A stretch of 64,000 nucleotides of DNA from contig OZ176050.1 in NCBI GenBank assembly GCA_964247055.1, positions 5,208,001-5,272,000 on the forward strand, given 5' to 3'. The notes below the pieces were generated by a model that saw only the letters and a list, made by a program, of their open reading frames with translations, did no database searches and was not told the origin of the DNA. Both the position numbers and the translations under genes were made by a program. Shown here in pieces: positions 38,383 through 50,229 of this stretch; position 1 is the stretch's first letter, and each line of letters opens with the position of its first letter. This stretch comes from Paragordius varius. Its lineage: Eukaryota > Animalia > Nematomorpha.

Positions 38383-39550
38383 CTAGCGTATATCTCGTAC
38401 TGCTACGCAGCCCAAGGAAGTCCTTCGGACTTCTGGTGCAAGGGGGGGGGCTATTTGAAAAAAGGGACAATACAATGATTTACATTTTCGAAACATTATT
38501 TAATAGCTATGATCTCGTAAGAATTTCAAAACGGTGAATCCATACCAATATATTGTTTATTTGGGCGAAAAATAGATTCAAAAAATTATTTTGGTGGACT
38601 TTGTTTTTATGAAAAAAATGGCATTTTACGGGGGGGAGTTTTCATAAAAAACAAATATTTTTTGCCAGGGTAGAGACCGTTAAAATTCAATGAGGATTCT
38701 AGGTATTTCCTGTTAAAAGGCAACAATTTTAGTCTTGTGTTTTTTTAATATTGTCTGCTGGGTAAACGATAGCCGCTAAAACTGCGCCACTATAAAGAAA
38801 TTGCGTTTTTTTTGGAACTAACTTACAGAAAATTTATGAAGCCATATTAGCACATTAAAAGGTTTAAATATTACCCTTAACTAGGTAAAAATTAAGGTCG
38901 GGTTTTTTAATAGCCGTTAATTTGGGGCCTCTATGCCCTAAAAATACGCCATCATATAAGGATTATTTAGTGTTGAGGTATTTTTTCGAATAACCCATGA
39001 GACGATGGTATCAAAGATCATTCCAAATATTTGCCCTATAAAGGGAAAAATTTAACTCAGCGCTTTTCCCATATAGGTCTATGGGTAGGGGTCTACCGGT
39101 TTAAAACCGACACGCCATACAAAATGGCGTGGTTTTGGGCTAATTTTCAAAAAACTTAAGAAACCATACGAGTTCACTCACACATTTCTGGGGAATTTGT
39201 ATAAATATCATTCTTTGTAAAAGGGACCACAAATGATTTACTTTTTATATCCCTTGATCCCAGCTGTGTGAACACAATTTCAAAATAGAACTTTTAAACA
39301 TGATTTTGTAAAACAAAAATCTTAAAATAAAGCCAATGATAGTTAAATATTAACTTAATAAGGGACAGTTTAAATATGGTCCATTTCGAGTAAACAATAT
39401 TAGAGCCTGTGCAAAACCCGTAAACTATTAATTAAAGACATTCTTTTTATTAATTATTTTTTTAATCTCCATTAACTCTATATTTTGCAAATTATTAAGA
39501 ATAATTATCGATAAGACTACGTCATAGCAAAGCATGACAGGGCCAGCTAG
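38383..39550. mobile_element. Two Helitron family A halves fused in opposite orientation
   Basis: Reverse type-2 3' end CTAG at 38383; module orientation flips at ~38637; forward type-1 3' end CTAG|T at 39547-39551. Confidence 0.7.
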
Positions 39551-39763
39551 TATCTTGTACAAATTTACTATGAATCAGAAAATTATAGAAACTATAAAAA
39601 ATGTAGATTTATTTTTGTCAATCTCATAAAACCGAAATAATACTGATAAATATTATCAACAAAATTAAGTGTTATTAAGAAGAAATTACTATTTTTCTTA
39701 TATATTGTTAAGAAACTCGCAATCATAAATGGGGTCGGGAACTACAAAAGTTAAGAAGCCCTG
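39551..39763 (+). mobile_element. Right end of hAT::Helitron composite (copy 3, left end lost)
   Basis: Same Helitron/hAT junction (GCCAGCTAG|TATCTTGTA) and TIR AAGAAGCCCTG as 2830-3050. Confidence 0.8.
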
Positions 39764-40352
39764 ATATAGATTATACTCATTTAGCATTAAAACTTTTTTA
39801 AAATTGATGTTTTTAACGAAATAAACAGGTAGTTGTTGTAAAATATCATAATGTGTCATTTGTGTTTTGCCTTTAACTTTTTGGCAAATTAAATATGTAA
39901 TATACTTATGGCATTCAGAAGAAAAACATTTAACGTCCGTCATGTAAGAAATATAATGCAGAAAACCAAAATGTTTCGAGAAAAAAAGAGTGTATATAAA
40001 TTTAACATCTTAACTTCAATAAGTTAAAAAAATAAAGGCCTTTTTGAAGTTTCGCTTAATCATTGAATTAAATTGAATGTATATTTAAATTTTCTTAAAC
40101 GTAAATGATATTTTTAAATGTTTAAATGTGACACCGCCCTTGTGGTTTAAAAAAGCATGGCGTATTTTATGAATAATAATCATAACATTTAAAAGAGTTA
40201 TTTTAAATTTTGTATCTAGACTTTTTTTGAATATTACATTTAAATATAATATGTTATTTCCTTAGGTGTCTCTAAACGGCTATGACGATTATTTTCAAAA
40301 TATCTTTTATCACAATATTGTATGCTAAAATGCCTAAATTTTTATACATAAA

Positions 40353-42235
40353 CTAGCGTAAATCTCCGGCTGCTATGGACTTTTTGTGGGAGGAGCAAAT
40401 TATTTTGCCTTTATACGCGATCTACACTGCTACTCAATTTATTATGATCTCATAATTTTGGCAAAAAATAGCCTTAAAAACATATTATAGAGCGAGTTTA
40501 ATAATATAAAGGCCCCAAGCACACCAAATTTTAACAATGTTTGATCTTAGTATAAAAAAACATAAGCAATTATTGGTAAAACGTACAAAAAAACTTTATT
40601 TTTGACATTGGGTATGGCTTCTTAAGTTTTTTGAAAATTAGGTTTAAAACCACGCCATTTTTGTATGGCGTCTCAGTTTTAAACCGGTAGACCCCTACCC
40701 ATGGACCTATATGGAAAAAGCGCTGTTAAATTCTTTGCCTTTATAGGAAATATTTAGATTGGTACCATCGTCTCATGGGTTATTCGAAAAAAAACCTCAA
40801 CACTAAATAATCGTTATTGATGGCGTATTTATAGGGCATAAGGGCCCCATTTTACTTTGCCTTGCGGTTAATATTTCAAGTTTTTAATGAGCTCATATGG
40901 CTTCATAAAATTTCAGTAAATTAGCTCCAAAACAACGCAATATATAGTGCGCAGTTTTTGGCGGGTAGTTCCTTGCCCAGGGCAGGTGTAAAAAAGGCGT
41001 TTGGTAATTTTTTTGCTATATATGGGGAATATCTGTTCATGGATTCCATATGTTCCTATTTGAATCATAGGTTTTCTGAAATTCGGATATAAAGGCATGT
41101 TCCATCGATATGGTGACGCAGTTGTTGGCGGTTAGCCCCCTACCCAGAGGCCAATATAAAAAAAACGTTCGATAAAAAATTTTGCCTTATAGGGTACATC
41201 ATTCATTCCATATGTTCTTAATAGTTTTTGGAAGATTTACTTCAAAACTAAATAATAGTTCAATGATAGCGCATTTTTTAGGGCGTAAAAGGCCTAATTA
41301 ACGGCAATTTTAAAAAACTGCTCGACTTAAATTGCCTTTTTACGGATAATATTTCAGGCCCTTATTAAACTTATATGGCCTGATAAGTTTTCTGAAAAAA
41401 AACTTCTAAACAACGCAATTTCGATATAGTGCCGCAGTTTAGGTGGGTAGCTCCATACCCAGAGGCTTATACAAAAAAAGAGCTCGATTAAAATTTTTGC
41501 ATTTTTACAGAGAATACCTGGAATCATGATTGATTCTATATGTTCGCATTAGCTTTTGAAAAAAATGCCTCTAAACTAAAAAATCATTCTATGGTGGCGC
41601 ATTTTTCAGGGTGTGAAGGGGCTAATTAACGGCTAATTTTAAAAAAACCGTACGACCTAAATTTTTGCCTTGTTACGGGTAATATTCTAAGCACCTATTG
41701 AACACATATGGCCTGATAGGTTTTCTAAAATTAAGCACCAAAGGCACGCTATTTCGATATGATGGGGTAGTATTTAGTGGGTATCTCCTTACCCGGCAGC
41801 CAATATAAAAAAACGCACGCCTAAGATTTTTGCCTTTTAACAGGGAATACCTGGAATCCTTATTGAATTTTTACGGTCTCAAAAATAGATTCAAAAAATT
41901 ATTTTTGTGGACTTATGACATTTTAAGGGGGGAGCGGGTAAAAGGAGGGCCAAAATTAAAAAAGCGAGCGCACTATGTTCGGCGCAATCGAAAATAAGTA
42001 AAAAAAATCATATTTGAAATCGAATGGTTCAACACGTTTTGCGGAAAATTGTCTCAAAGACACGATTTTTGTGGACTTGGGTGGGCCGAACTGACCTAAC
42101 TCAAAAAAGGGCGAAGCTATTGTCGGGGCATTCATTAATGATTATATTTTTTCGACATTTGGATTTGAATGGGTCCACCACTTTTCATGAAACAGAACAC
42201 AAAGCCAACATTTTCCATTTGTATAAATATATAGA
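40353..42235 (-). mobile_element. Long Helitron family A copy with diverged internal modules
   Basis: Reverse 3' end CTAGCGTAAATCTC at 40353 (truncated hairpins) and reverse 5' end AAATATATAGA|T at 42235; serial TACCCAGAGGC...AAAATTTTTGCC modules. Confidence 0.7.
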
Positions 42236-42608
42236 TTTGAACCGGACCTTGTTACAAGTATTATTCCTTTAAATGACTCTAAATCAGGGCTTCTTAAACT
42301 TTTGTAGTTCCCGACCCCATTTATGATTGCGAGTTTATTAACGACCCCAACATATATAAAAATAATAGTTTCTTCGAAATAACACTTAGAAATTTTGTTG
42401 ATAATATTTATCAGGATTATTTCGGTTTTGAGAGATTGACAAAAATAATGCATTTTTTATAAATTTCTAAAACATTTTCTGATTCATAGTAAATCTATAC
42501 AAGATACTAGCTGGCCCTGTCACGCTTCGGTGTGGCGTAGTCTCACCCATAATTATTCTTAATGATTTACAATAAATAGAGTTAATAGAGATATAAAAAT
42601 AATCAACA

Positions 42609-44081
42609 TCTATATATTTATAAAAATGGAAAATGCTGGCTTTGTGATCTGGTACCGGAAAACCGGTAGACCCATTCAAATCCAAACTTCGAAAAAATAT
42701 AATCATTAATGAATGCCCCGACAATAGCTTCGGCGTTTTTTGAAATAGGCCCCAGTTCGGACCCACCCTGTGTGAAAAACGGTTTTTTTTTTGAAAACAG
42801 AACTCTACAAAAATCGTGTCTTTGAGACAATTTTCTGGAGAACGTGTTGGATCATTCAATTTCAAATATGATTTTTGTTTACTTATTTTCGATTGCGCCG
42901 AACGTAATCGTCTCGCTTTTTTAATTTAGGCCCTCTTTTTACCCGACCCCCCCCCCCCCCCCCCCGTAAAATGCCATTTTTTTCAAAAAACAAAGTCCAC
43001 AAAAATAATTTTTTGATTGTATTTTTTTGTCCAAGGTATGAATGAGACTGTAAAAATTCAATAAGGATTATTTGTATTCCCTGTTAAAAGGCAAAAATTT
43101 TAGTCAAGCGTTTCTTTGATGATAGCTGCTGAGTATGGAGTATCTATCATATGCATAGGATGTTAAAAAATATATGTATAATAAAACATTATTTATGGTA
43201 ATCTATATATTTATAAAAATGGAAAATGCCGGCTTTGTGATCTGGTACCGGAAAACCAGTAATTCAAATCCAAACTTCGAAAAAATATAATCATTAATGA
43301 ATGCCCCGACAATAGCTTCGCCCGTTTTTAAAAATAGGCCCCCAGTTCGGGCCCACCCCGTGTGAAAAACGGTTTTTTTGAAAACAGAAGTCAAAAATAA
43401 TTTTTTAAATCTATATTTCGCCCTAGGCATGAGTCCGTAAAAATTCAATATGGATTCCGCGTATTCCCTGTTTAAAGGCAAAAATTTTAGTCAAGCGTTT
43501 CTTTGATGATAGCTGCTGGGTAAGGAGCTACCCGCTAAAAACCGATTCATCATGTAACTTTCTGATCTGTTTCCGGAAAACCGGTGGACCCAATCAAATC
43601 CAAATATCGAAAAATTATAATCATTAATAAATGTGTAGCCCCAGTTCGGGCCTACCCCGAATGAAATATGGGTTTTTTTTTGAAAACAGAAGTCCACAAA
43701 AATCGTGTCTTTGAGACAATTTTCTGGAGAAGGTGTTGGATCATTTAATTTCAAATATGATTTTTGTTTACATATTTTCGATTGCGCCGAATATAGTCGT
43801 CTCGCTTTTTTGATTTCGTCCCTCTTTTTACCCGCTCCCCCTGTAAAATGATATTTTTGAAAAAGTCCACAAAAATAATTTTTTAAATCTATTTTTCCCC
43901 CAATTAAACAATATATTAGTATGAATGCTCCGTTTAAAATTCCTATAAAATAATATCTATTAAAAAATGTTTGGAAATAATCCACATATGTGGATCATTT
44001 TATTGTCCCGTTTTTCCCATACCCCCCCCCCCCAGAAGTCTGAAGGACTTTCTTGGGCTGCGTAGACGAGATTTACGCTAG
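42609..44081 (+). mobile_element. Helitron family A (type-2 end) inserted into the composite's Helitron
   Basis: A|TCTATATATTT at 42609 and a second 5' end at 43202; ends GACGAGATTTACGCTAG|T at 44081; host Helitron sequence resumes on both sides (compare 39430-39480). Confidence 0.8.
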
Positions 44082-44730
44082 TATTTAATAAAAAGAATGT
44101 CTTTAATTATTCTTTTACGGGTTTTTGCATAGGCTGAAATATTGTTTACTCGAAATCGACAACATTCTGATCATTGGATTTATTTTAAGATTTTCATTTT
44201 AAGAAAATCATGGTTAAAAGTTCTAATTTGAAATTGTGTTCACAGCTGGGATCAAGGGATCTAAAAGTAAATCATTTGTGGTCCCTTTAACAAAGAATGA
44301 TATTTATACAAATTCCCCAGAAATGTGTGAGTGAACTCGTATTATTTCTTAAGTTTTTTGAAAATTAGCCCAAAACCACGCTATTTTGTATGGCGTGTCG
44401 GTTTTAAACCGGTAGACCCCTACCCATAGACCTATATGGGAAAAGCGCTGAGTTAAATTCTTTGCCTTTATAGGGCAAATATTTGGAATCATCTTTGATA
44501 CTATCGTCTCATGGGTTATTCCAAAAAATACAACACTAAATAATCGTTATATGATGGCGTTTTGGGGTATAAGGGCCCCAAATTAACGGCTAATAAAAAA
44601 CCCGACCTTAATTTTACATAGTTACGGGTAATATTTCGAATGAGCTCATAAGGTTTCATAAACTTTTTATAAATTAGCACCAAAACAACGCAATTTCTAT
44701 ATAGTGGCGCAGTTTTAGCGGCTATCTGTT

Positions 44731-45062
44731 TGATATGATGTTATATGCAACAAAACATAACTCTATTTTATATATTACTTTGCTATTCAATGCATACTTA
44801 TAATACTTTTCTGTTATTAATATTTTACGTGACATGTTATATACTACGTGGCAAGTTTTAGACTACGTGACTGTTATATAAATGCACACTCATCATTCTC
44901 AGAAATTTGTATATGTTAATGCACGATAAAAATATATAATAAGATCCGTATACATTTCTCGGAATTATATAAAACCTATATAAACAACAACTTCTTTAAG
45001 TCCATTGCTTTACTGTGTTTTCCCATTATTGTGTTATAATAAATTATACCCAACTGATATTA
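44731..45062 (+). repeat. 5' LTR (332 bp)
   Basis: Direct repeat of 48934-49270; begins TGATAT, ends GATATTA; AATAAA near the 3' end. Confidence 0.95.
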
Positions 45063-45064
45063 TT

Positions 45065-45074
45065 TGGCGACGAG
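45065..45074 (+). promoter_or_regulatory. Primer-binding site, complementary to tRNA-Ser 3' end
   Basis: TGGCGACGAG two nt after the LTR; reverse complement CTCGTCGCCA equals the 3' end of eukaryotic tRNA-Ser(GCT). Confidence 0.8.
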
Positions 45075-45095
45075 AAAAAAATTTATTCTGCCTAA

Positions 45096-48000
45096 TGGAA
45101 ATTCCCGGAGATACATGATTTAGTAATGCACAAAATCCTCTAAATCGAATAATTCTTGAACCATTTGACGAATGTTACAATTTCAAAAATTATGTCAAGC
45201 ACATAGAAAGGGTACTCGCGGCCAGGGATATTCCTGTCACGGATTCCAATATAAAAAAATTATTTTTAGCTTTCGGTGGTATTAAAATTTTGAACAAAAT
45301 TGAAAATATTCTATATCCTGATACCATCGAAGATTTGGAATGGCCGAAAATCTATATAATTGTAGTTCAAATCTATGCCCCAGACAAAAGTCTATGGGTG
45401 AATAGATGTGCATTTTATCGTATTCGTCGTGATAATGAATCTATTCTTTCGTATTTAGAACGTTTGAAAATTTTGGCCGACAATTCTGGATTTGATTCGG
45501 ACATTTCTAACAAAATCAGGGATATATTTTTGATTGGATTAAATCAACCCAGATTAGAAAGAGAACTCCACATAAAATATCCGCTCGGTAAGTTAGATGA
45601 CAAACTACTGACACTACAAATGTTGGTCGATATGGCTTTAAGTTTTGAGAAAGCCGATAATCTTCCCTCGCAAATCAATAAGCTTAAAGTGGATAGATCC
45701 AGAAATGTAAAACCTCATGGAAGTTTTAACAAGGGCCATTATAACAATAATAATTATAAAAACAATAAGAATAATGATGTCCGGGATAATAATGATACTA
45801 TAAATTGCCGAAATTGTGGATCACTGCATGTGAGAAACAAGTGTCCGGCTTGGGGCAAAACGTGCTACAATTGCAACATAAATAACCACTTTAGTTCAAT
45901 GTGCAAAACAAAGTTGGTGAGAAATTTGGATCAAATTAGATCTATAAAAGCGGGCACTACCGCTAAAATAAAAGTGAAGATCAACAATAATATGATAGAT
46001 ATGATTTTCGATACCGGCTGACTGCTGTCTCATAAGTCAACAAATATGGAAGCAGATCGGTAGCCCTAAGTTAACGTGGTCCGATCAAATAACCACGTAT
46101 GATAATAATAAGATAACAATCTTAGGGAAAACTATGGTCACTGTGACGTTGTACAATGAAAAGAAAACGTTACCATGTATCGTAACTAAAAGCAATTTTG
46201 ATCCAATTTTTGGATTACCTTGGATAAAAGCGTACAAGCTACCTTTTCCAAAAGGTGTAATCAATAATATAAATTCTAATGAGAAGATGGAGCTGACCAA
46301 AATATTTCCAAAACTATTCTCAAAGGAACTTGGTTGTCACAACGGCAATCCGATCAAAAAATTTTTGACACCGGATGCAAAACCAAAAGCTTTTCCATGC
46401 CGTAGAGTTCCTCTACCATTGCAACCATTGGTAGAAAATGAATTGAATAGATTGTTAGATTTGGGGATTATAGAACCAATAGACCCAACAACAACTGAGA
46501 TATCTTGGGCAACCCCAACGGTCAACGTGTTAAAATCCAATGGGGAGGCTCGTATCTGCGCCGATTTTCGTGTCACAATCAATCCTTATCTATCAAAAGA
46601 TTCTCATATCATTCCGACATTTAATCATTTATTGGGTAAAATCGGAAATGGACATTCATTTTCAGTTTTGGATCTCAAGGATGCCTACTTACAACTACCG
46701 GTTGATAAAGAATGCTCTAATATTCTGACAATTACAACACACAGAGGTTACTTTACGTATAAACGATTACCTTTCGGGCTCACAAATGCTCCAATGATAT
46801 TTCAACGAGTTATGGATCAAATTCTGGATGATTGCACAGGCGTTGGTGCTTATCTGGTTGATGTTCTGGTAACCGGCAATACAGACACTCAACACAAAGC
46901 AAATCTTGAGCATGTGTTGGAGAAACTTGACAGGCCGGATTCCGTTTGCAACCGGATAAAATGAAATTCTTCCAGGAAAAAGTATCCTACATGGGATACG
47001 AAATATCTAAAAGAGGTATTAAGCCAACGGATGAAAAAATCAAGGCTATTTTGAAATGTCCTGTTCCAAAGGACAAAACAACATTACGGTCCTTTTTAGG
47101 ACTATTAAACTTTCATGAAAAATTTATTCCAAGATTACATTCAGTCATAAGTGATCTGCACACTTTAACTGGAAACAAAATGCCATGGAAATGGGAGAAT
47201 ATTCATGATAAACAATTTGCACTGTCAAAACAACTAATAGCAAATTTTGTGGAACTGATTCCGTACAATCCGCAATTGCCATTATTGATTGAGACCGATG
47301 CTTCAAACGAAGGTTTGGGTGCAATCCTTTTCCATGTAACCGAAGATGGCAAGCGGCCAATCTCTTTCGCATTCAGGAAATGTTTAAATTCTGAAAAACA
47401 TTATTCGACGATCGAAAGAGAGGCCAAGGCGATTTTGTTCGCGGTAAACAAATTTCACCCTTTCATATATGGGAGATCTTTTAAAATATTGACTGATCAT
47501 AAACCACTGATTAAATTATTTGGGGAAGACCGGAACTTAACCGGAGTCACTAATATAAAATTATTACGTTGGATTTATAAAATATCGGGGTATGATTATC
47601 CCATTCATTTCAATAAAGAAGTTCAAAATTTAGCTGATCCCCTATCAAGATTAGCAATTGACGATCCTGAAATGGATGATGATCATGCTGTAGCTGAAAA
47701 AATTCGGTTCTTATCTATGAACGATTTGAACATTAATAAAAAAAATGTATTAGTTCAGTCCAATAAGGACCCGGTGATAAAAAAATTAAAAATTGCATTA
47801 AATTCCAACAATTGGGATGATCCAGATCTAAAAAATTATCAATCACATCGCAACGCTATCCAAGCATCGTATGGTTAAGTTTATTTGGAGGATAGACTCA
47901 TTGTTCCTAGATCCATGCAAAATGAAGTCCTAAAATACTTGCACACTGGACACCCAGGGATAAGTACCATGAAGTCCCTTGCGCGCCACAGTGTATATTG

Positions 48001-48921
48001 GCCAGACTTGGACCAAAGTATTGAATTGCTTGCGAAGACATGTGACTCATGTCAAAGATACAAGCCCAATGTCCAGGAAAATCCAACATACAAATGGAAT
48101 TTCAACACCGCCGTCTGGGAAAGAATACACATAGATATTGCTGGTCCCATTGATAATTTCTACTGGCTGGTAACAATTGACAGCTCATCCAGATGGCTGG
48201 AAGTTAATTTATTGAAACAAGTTACGAGCAGGTCTGTTTTAAATTACTTAGAACAATTGTTTGCGAGATATGGTTTTCCTAAAATAATAGTAAGTGATAA
48301 TGCATCGTATTTTGTATCGCACGATTTTGATGAAAGGCTTAAACACTTAAACATCAAACATGTTACGTCGAGGCCGTATCACCCACGAACGAATGGGTTG
48401 GTAGAAAGATCTATTTACACATTGAAAACTAAATATAAAGCTACGAAGAGGGCTGACATCTCTCCGCAAGAAGCAATGAATACATTTTGTGGAGCTATCG
48501 GCAAGCAATTCATAGTGCAACGAGAGCAACACCGTGCTCATTATTCTTAAAAAGAGAATTGTTAGGTCCCTTGTCATGGTTAAAGACAATACCATCAGAT
48601 TTTATGGATAATACTAGAGCCCCCTTACGAGAATTTGACGTTGATGATGCTATTCTGATTAAAAATGAAACAGCAGAGGGGTGGCGGAAAGGAAAAGTAA
48701 TTGAAAGATCAGGATTATTATCTTACAAGACTGATGACGGTAGCAAAATTCAGCGAAAACACGCCGATCAGCTACAGAAGTCTGTTATGTCACAACCCGC
48801 CCTTGACATTGTACCAGAGATCCCAGTTACGGAAGCTGTGGAGTCGGAGTGTAACTTGACAGAAGTACAAAGCCGTTATCCTCGCCGGGAACGAAAAGCT
48901 CCGGATCGTCTTTCTTATTAA
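45096..48921 (+). pseudogene. gag-pol pseudogene (zinc knuckles, protease, RT, RNase H, integrase)
   Basis: Early in-frame TGA after MEIPGDT; CRNCGSLH..CPAWGKTCYNCNINNHFSSMC; protease FDTG broken by frameshift at ~46020; RT LDLKDAYLQ and RLPFG with catalytic YLDD changed to YLVD; RNase H IETDAS...TDHKPL; integrase HTGHPG...CDSC, HIDIAGP, VSDNA, NGLVER; further frameshifts near 46950, 47880, 48500. Confidence 0.92.
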
Positions 48922-48933
48922 AGGTGGGAGATA

Positions 48934-49270
48934 TGATATGATGTTATATAATATGCAACAAAACAAAACTCTATTTTATATATTACTTTGCTATTCAATG
49001 CATACATATAATACTTTTCTGTTATTAATATTTTACGTGACATGTTATATACTACGTGACAAGTTTTAGACGATGTGACTGTTTTATAAATGCACACTCA
49101 TCATTCTCAGAAATTTGTATATGTTAATGCACGATAAAAATATATAATAAGATCCGTATACATTTCTCGGAATTAAATATAACCTATATAAACAACAACT
49201 TTTTTAAGTCCATTGCATTACTGTGTTTTCCCATTATTGTGTTATAATAAATTATACCCAACTGATATTA
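48934..49270 (+). repeat. 3' LTR (337 bp) preceded by polypurine tract AAAGGTGGGAGA
   Basis: About 10 substitutions and one 5-bp indel versus the 5' LTR (counted by eye); followed by TSD CTGTT at 49271-49275. Confidence 0.95.
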
Positions 49271-50229
49271 CTGTTTACCCAGAAGCCAATATTTAAAAAA
49301 CGCAAGACTAAATTTTTTGCCTTTTAACAGAGAATAACTCGAATCCTCAGTAAATTTAACGGTTTCATACCCTGGGCAAAAAATTATGGTTTTTTGAAAA
49401 AAATGGCATTTTACGGGGTGAACGGGTAAAAAGAGAGCCTAAATTAAAAAAGTAAGCCGACTATGTCCGGCGCAATCGAAAAAAAGTAAAAAAAAAATAT
49501 ATTTGAAATCGAATGGTCCAAGACGTTTTCCGGAAAATTGTCTCAAAGACACGATTTTTGTGGACTTCTGTTTTCAAAAAAACCCGTTTTTTACACGGGG
49601 TGGGCCTGAACTGGGGGCCTAATAGGGCGAAGCTATTCTCGAGCATTCATTAATAATTATATTTTTTTGACATTTGGATTTGAATGAGTCGATTGATTTT
49701 CCGATCACAAAGCTAACATTTTCCATTTTTATAAATATATAGAATTTAATGATCGGAATCGAAAGGCTGGTATAAACATTCTTTCCTAACCAGAAGATTT
49801 TATGATATATTTATCTACGATGATTGTTATTTTTCTTTATAACAATAATTTTACAAGTTAAAAGACATTTTTTGTTAAATTCTATTTTTATCAATCGCGA
49901 CCCCATAATTTTTGATACGCGACCTCAAATGGGTTCGCGACCCATAGTCAAAGAAGCCCTGCTCTAAATGTCTAACACAATGTAACATTTATATGCGTTT
50001 TAAGGTTACAGCTTAATCACCGCACTTATTTAACGAACAAGGGGCTCGGCACTTTTTATTCTTATTTATTATTCTGGGTATACTCATAATATTATCGAAT
50101 TTTCATAAAACCTATCATTCATAAGAAATTTTAAATGATTATTATTTTTGCCAAGAACTAAAAAACCATATACCATAGAGGCAAACTATTGATCTTTATC
50201 GGTATCACTGAGAAATTAATGTATGTACT

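Larger units (their letters stand above)
44731..49270 (+). mobile_element. Ty3/Gypsy LTR retrotransposon (Mag-like), full length but inactivated
   Basis: LTRs 44731-45062 and 48934-49270; 5-bp TSD CTGTT; PBS; PPT; gag with paired zinc knuckles; order PR-RT-RNaseH-IN. Confidence 0.97.
42285..49961 (-). mobile_element. hAT::Helitron composite (copy 2) with nested Helitron and Gypsy insertions
   Basis: TIRs CAGGGCTTCTTAAAC (42285) and AAGAAGCCCTG (49961); perfect 8-bp TSD CTCTAAAT at 42277-42284 and 49962-49969; internal minus-strand Helitron 42507-49743. Confidence 0.9.
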
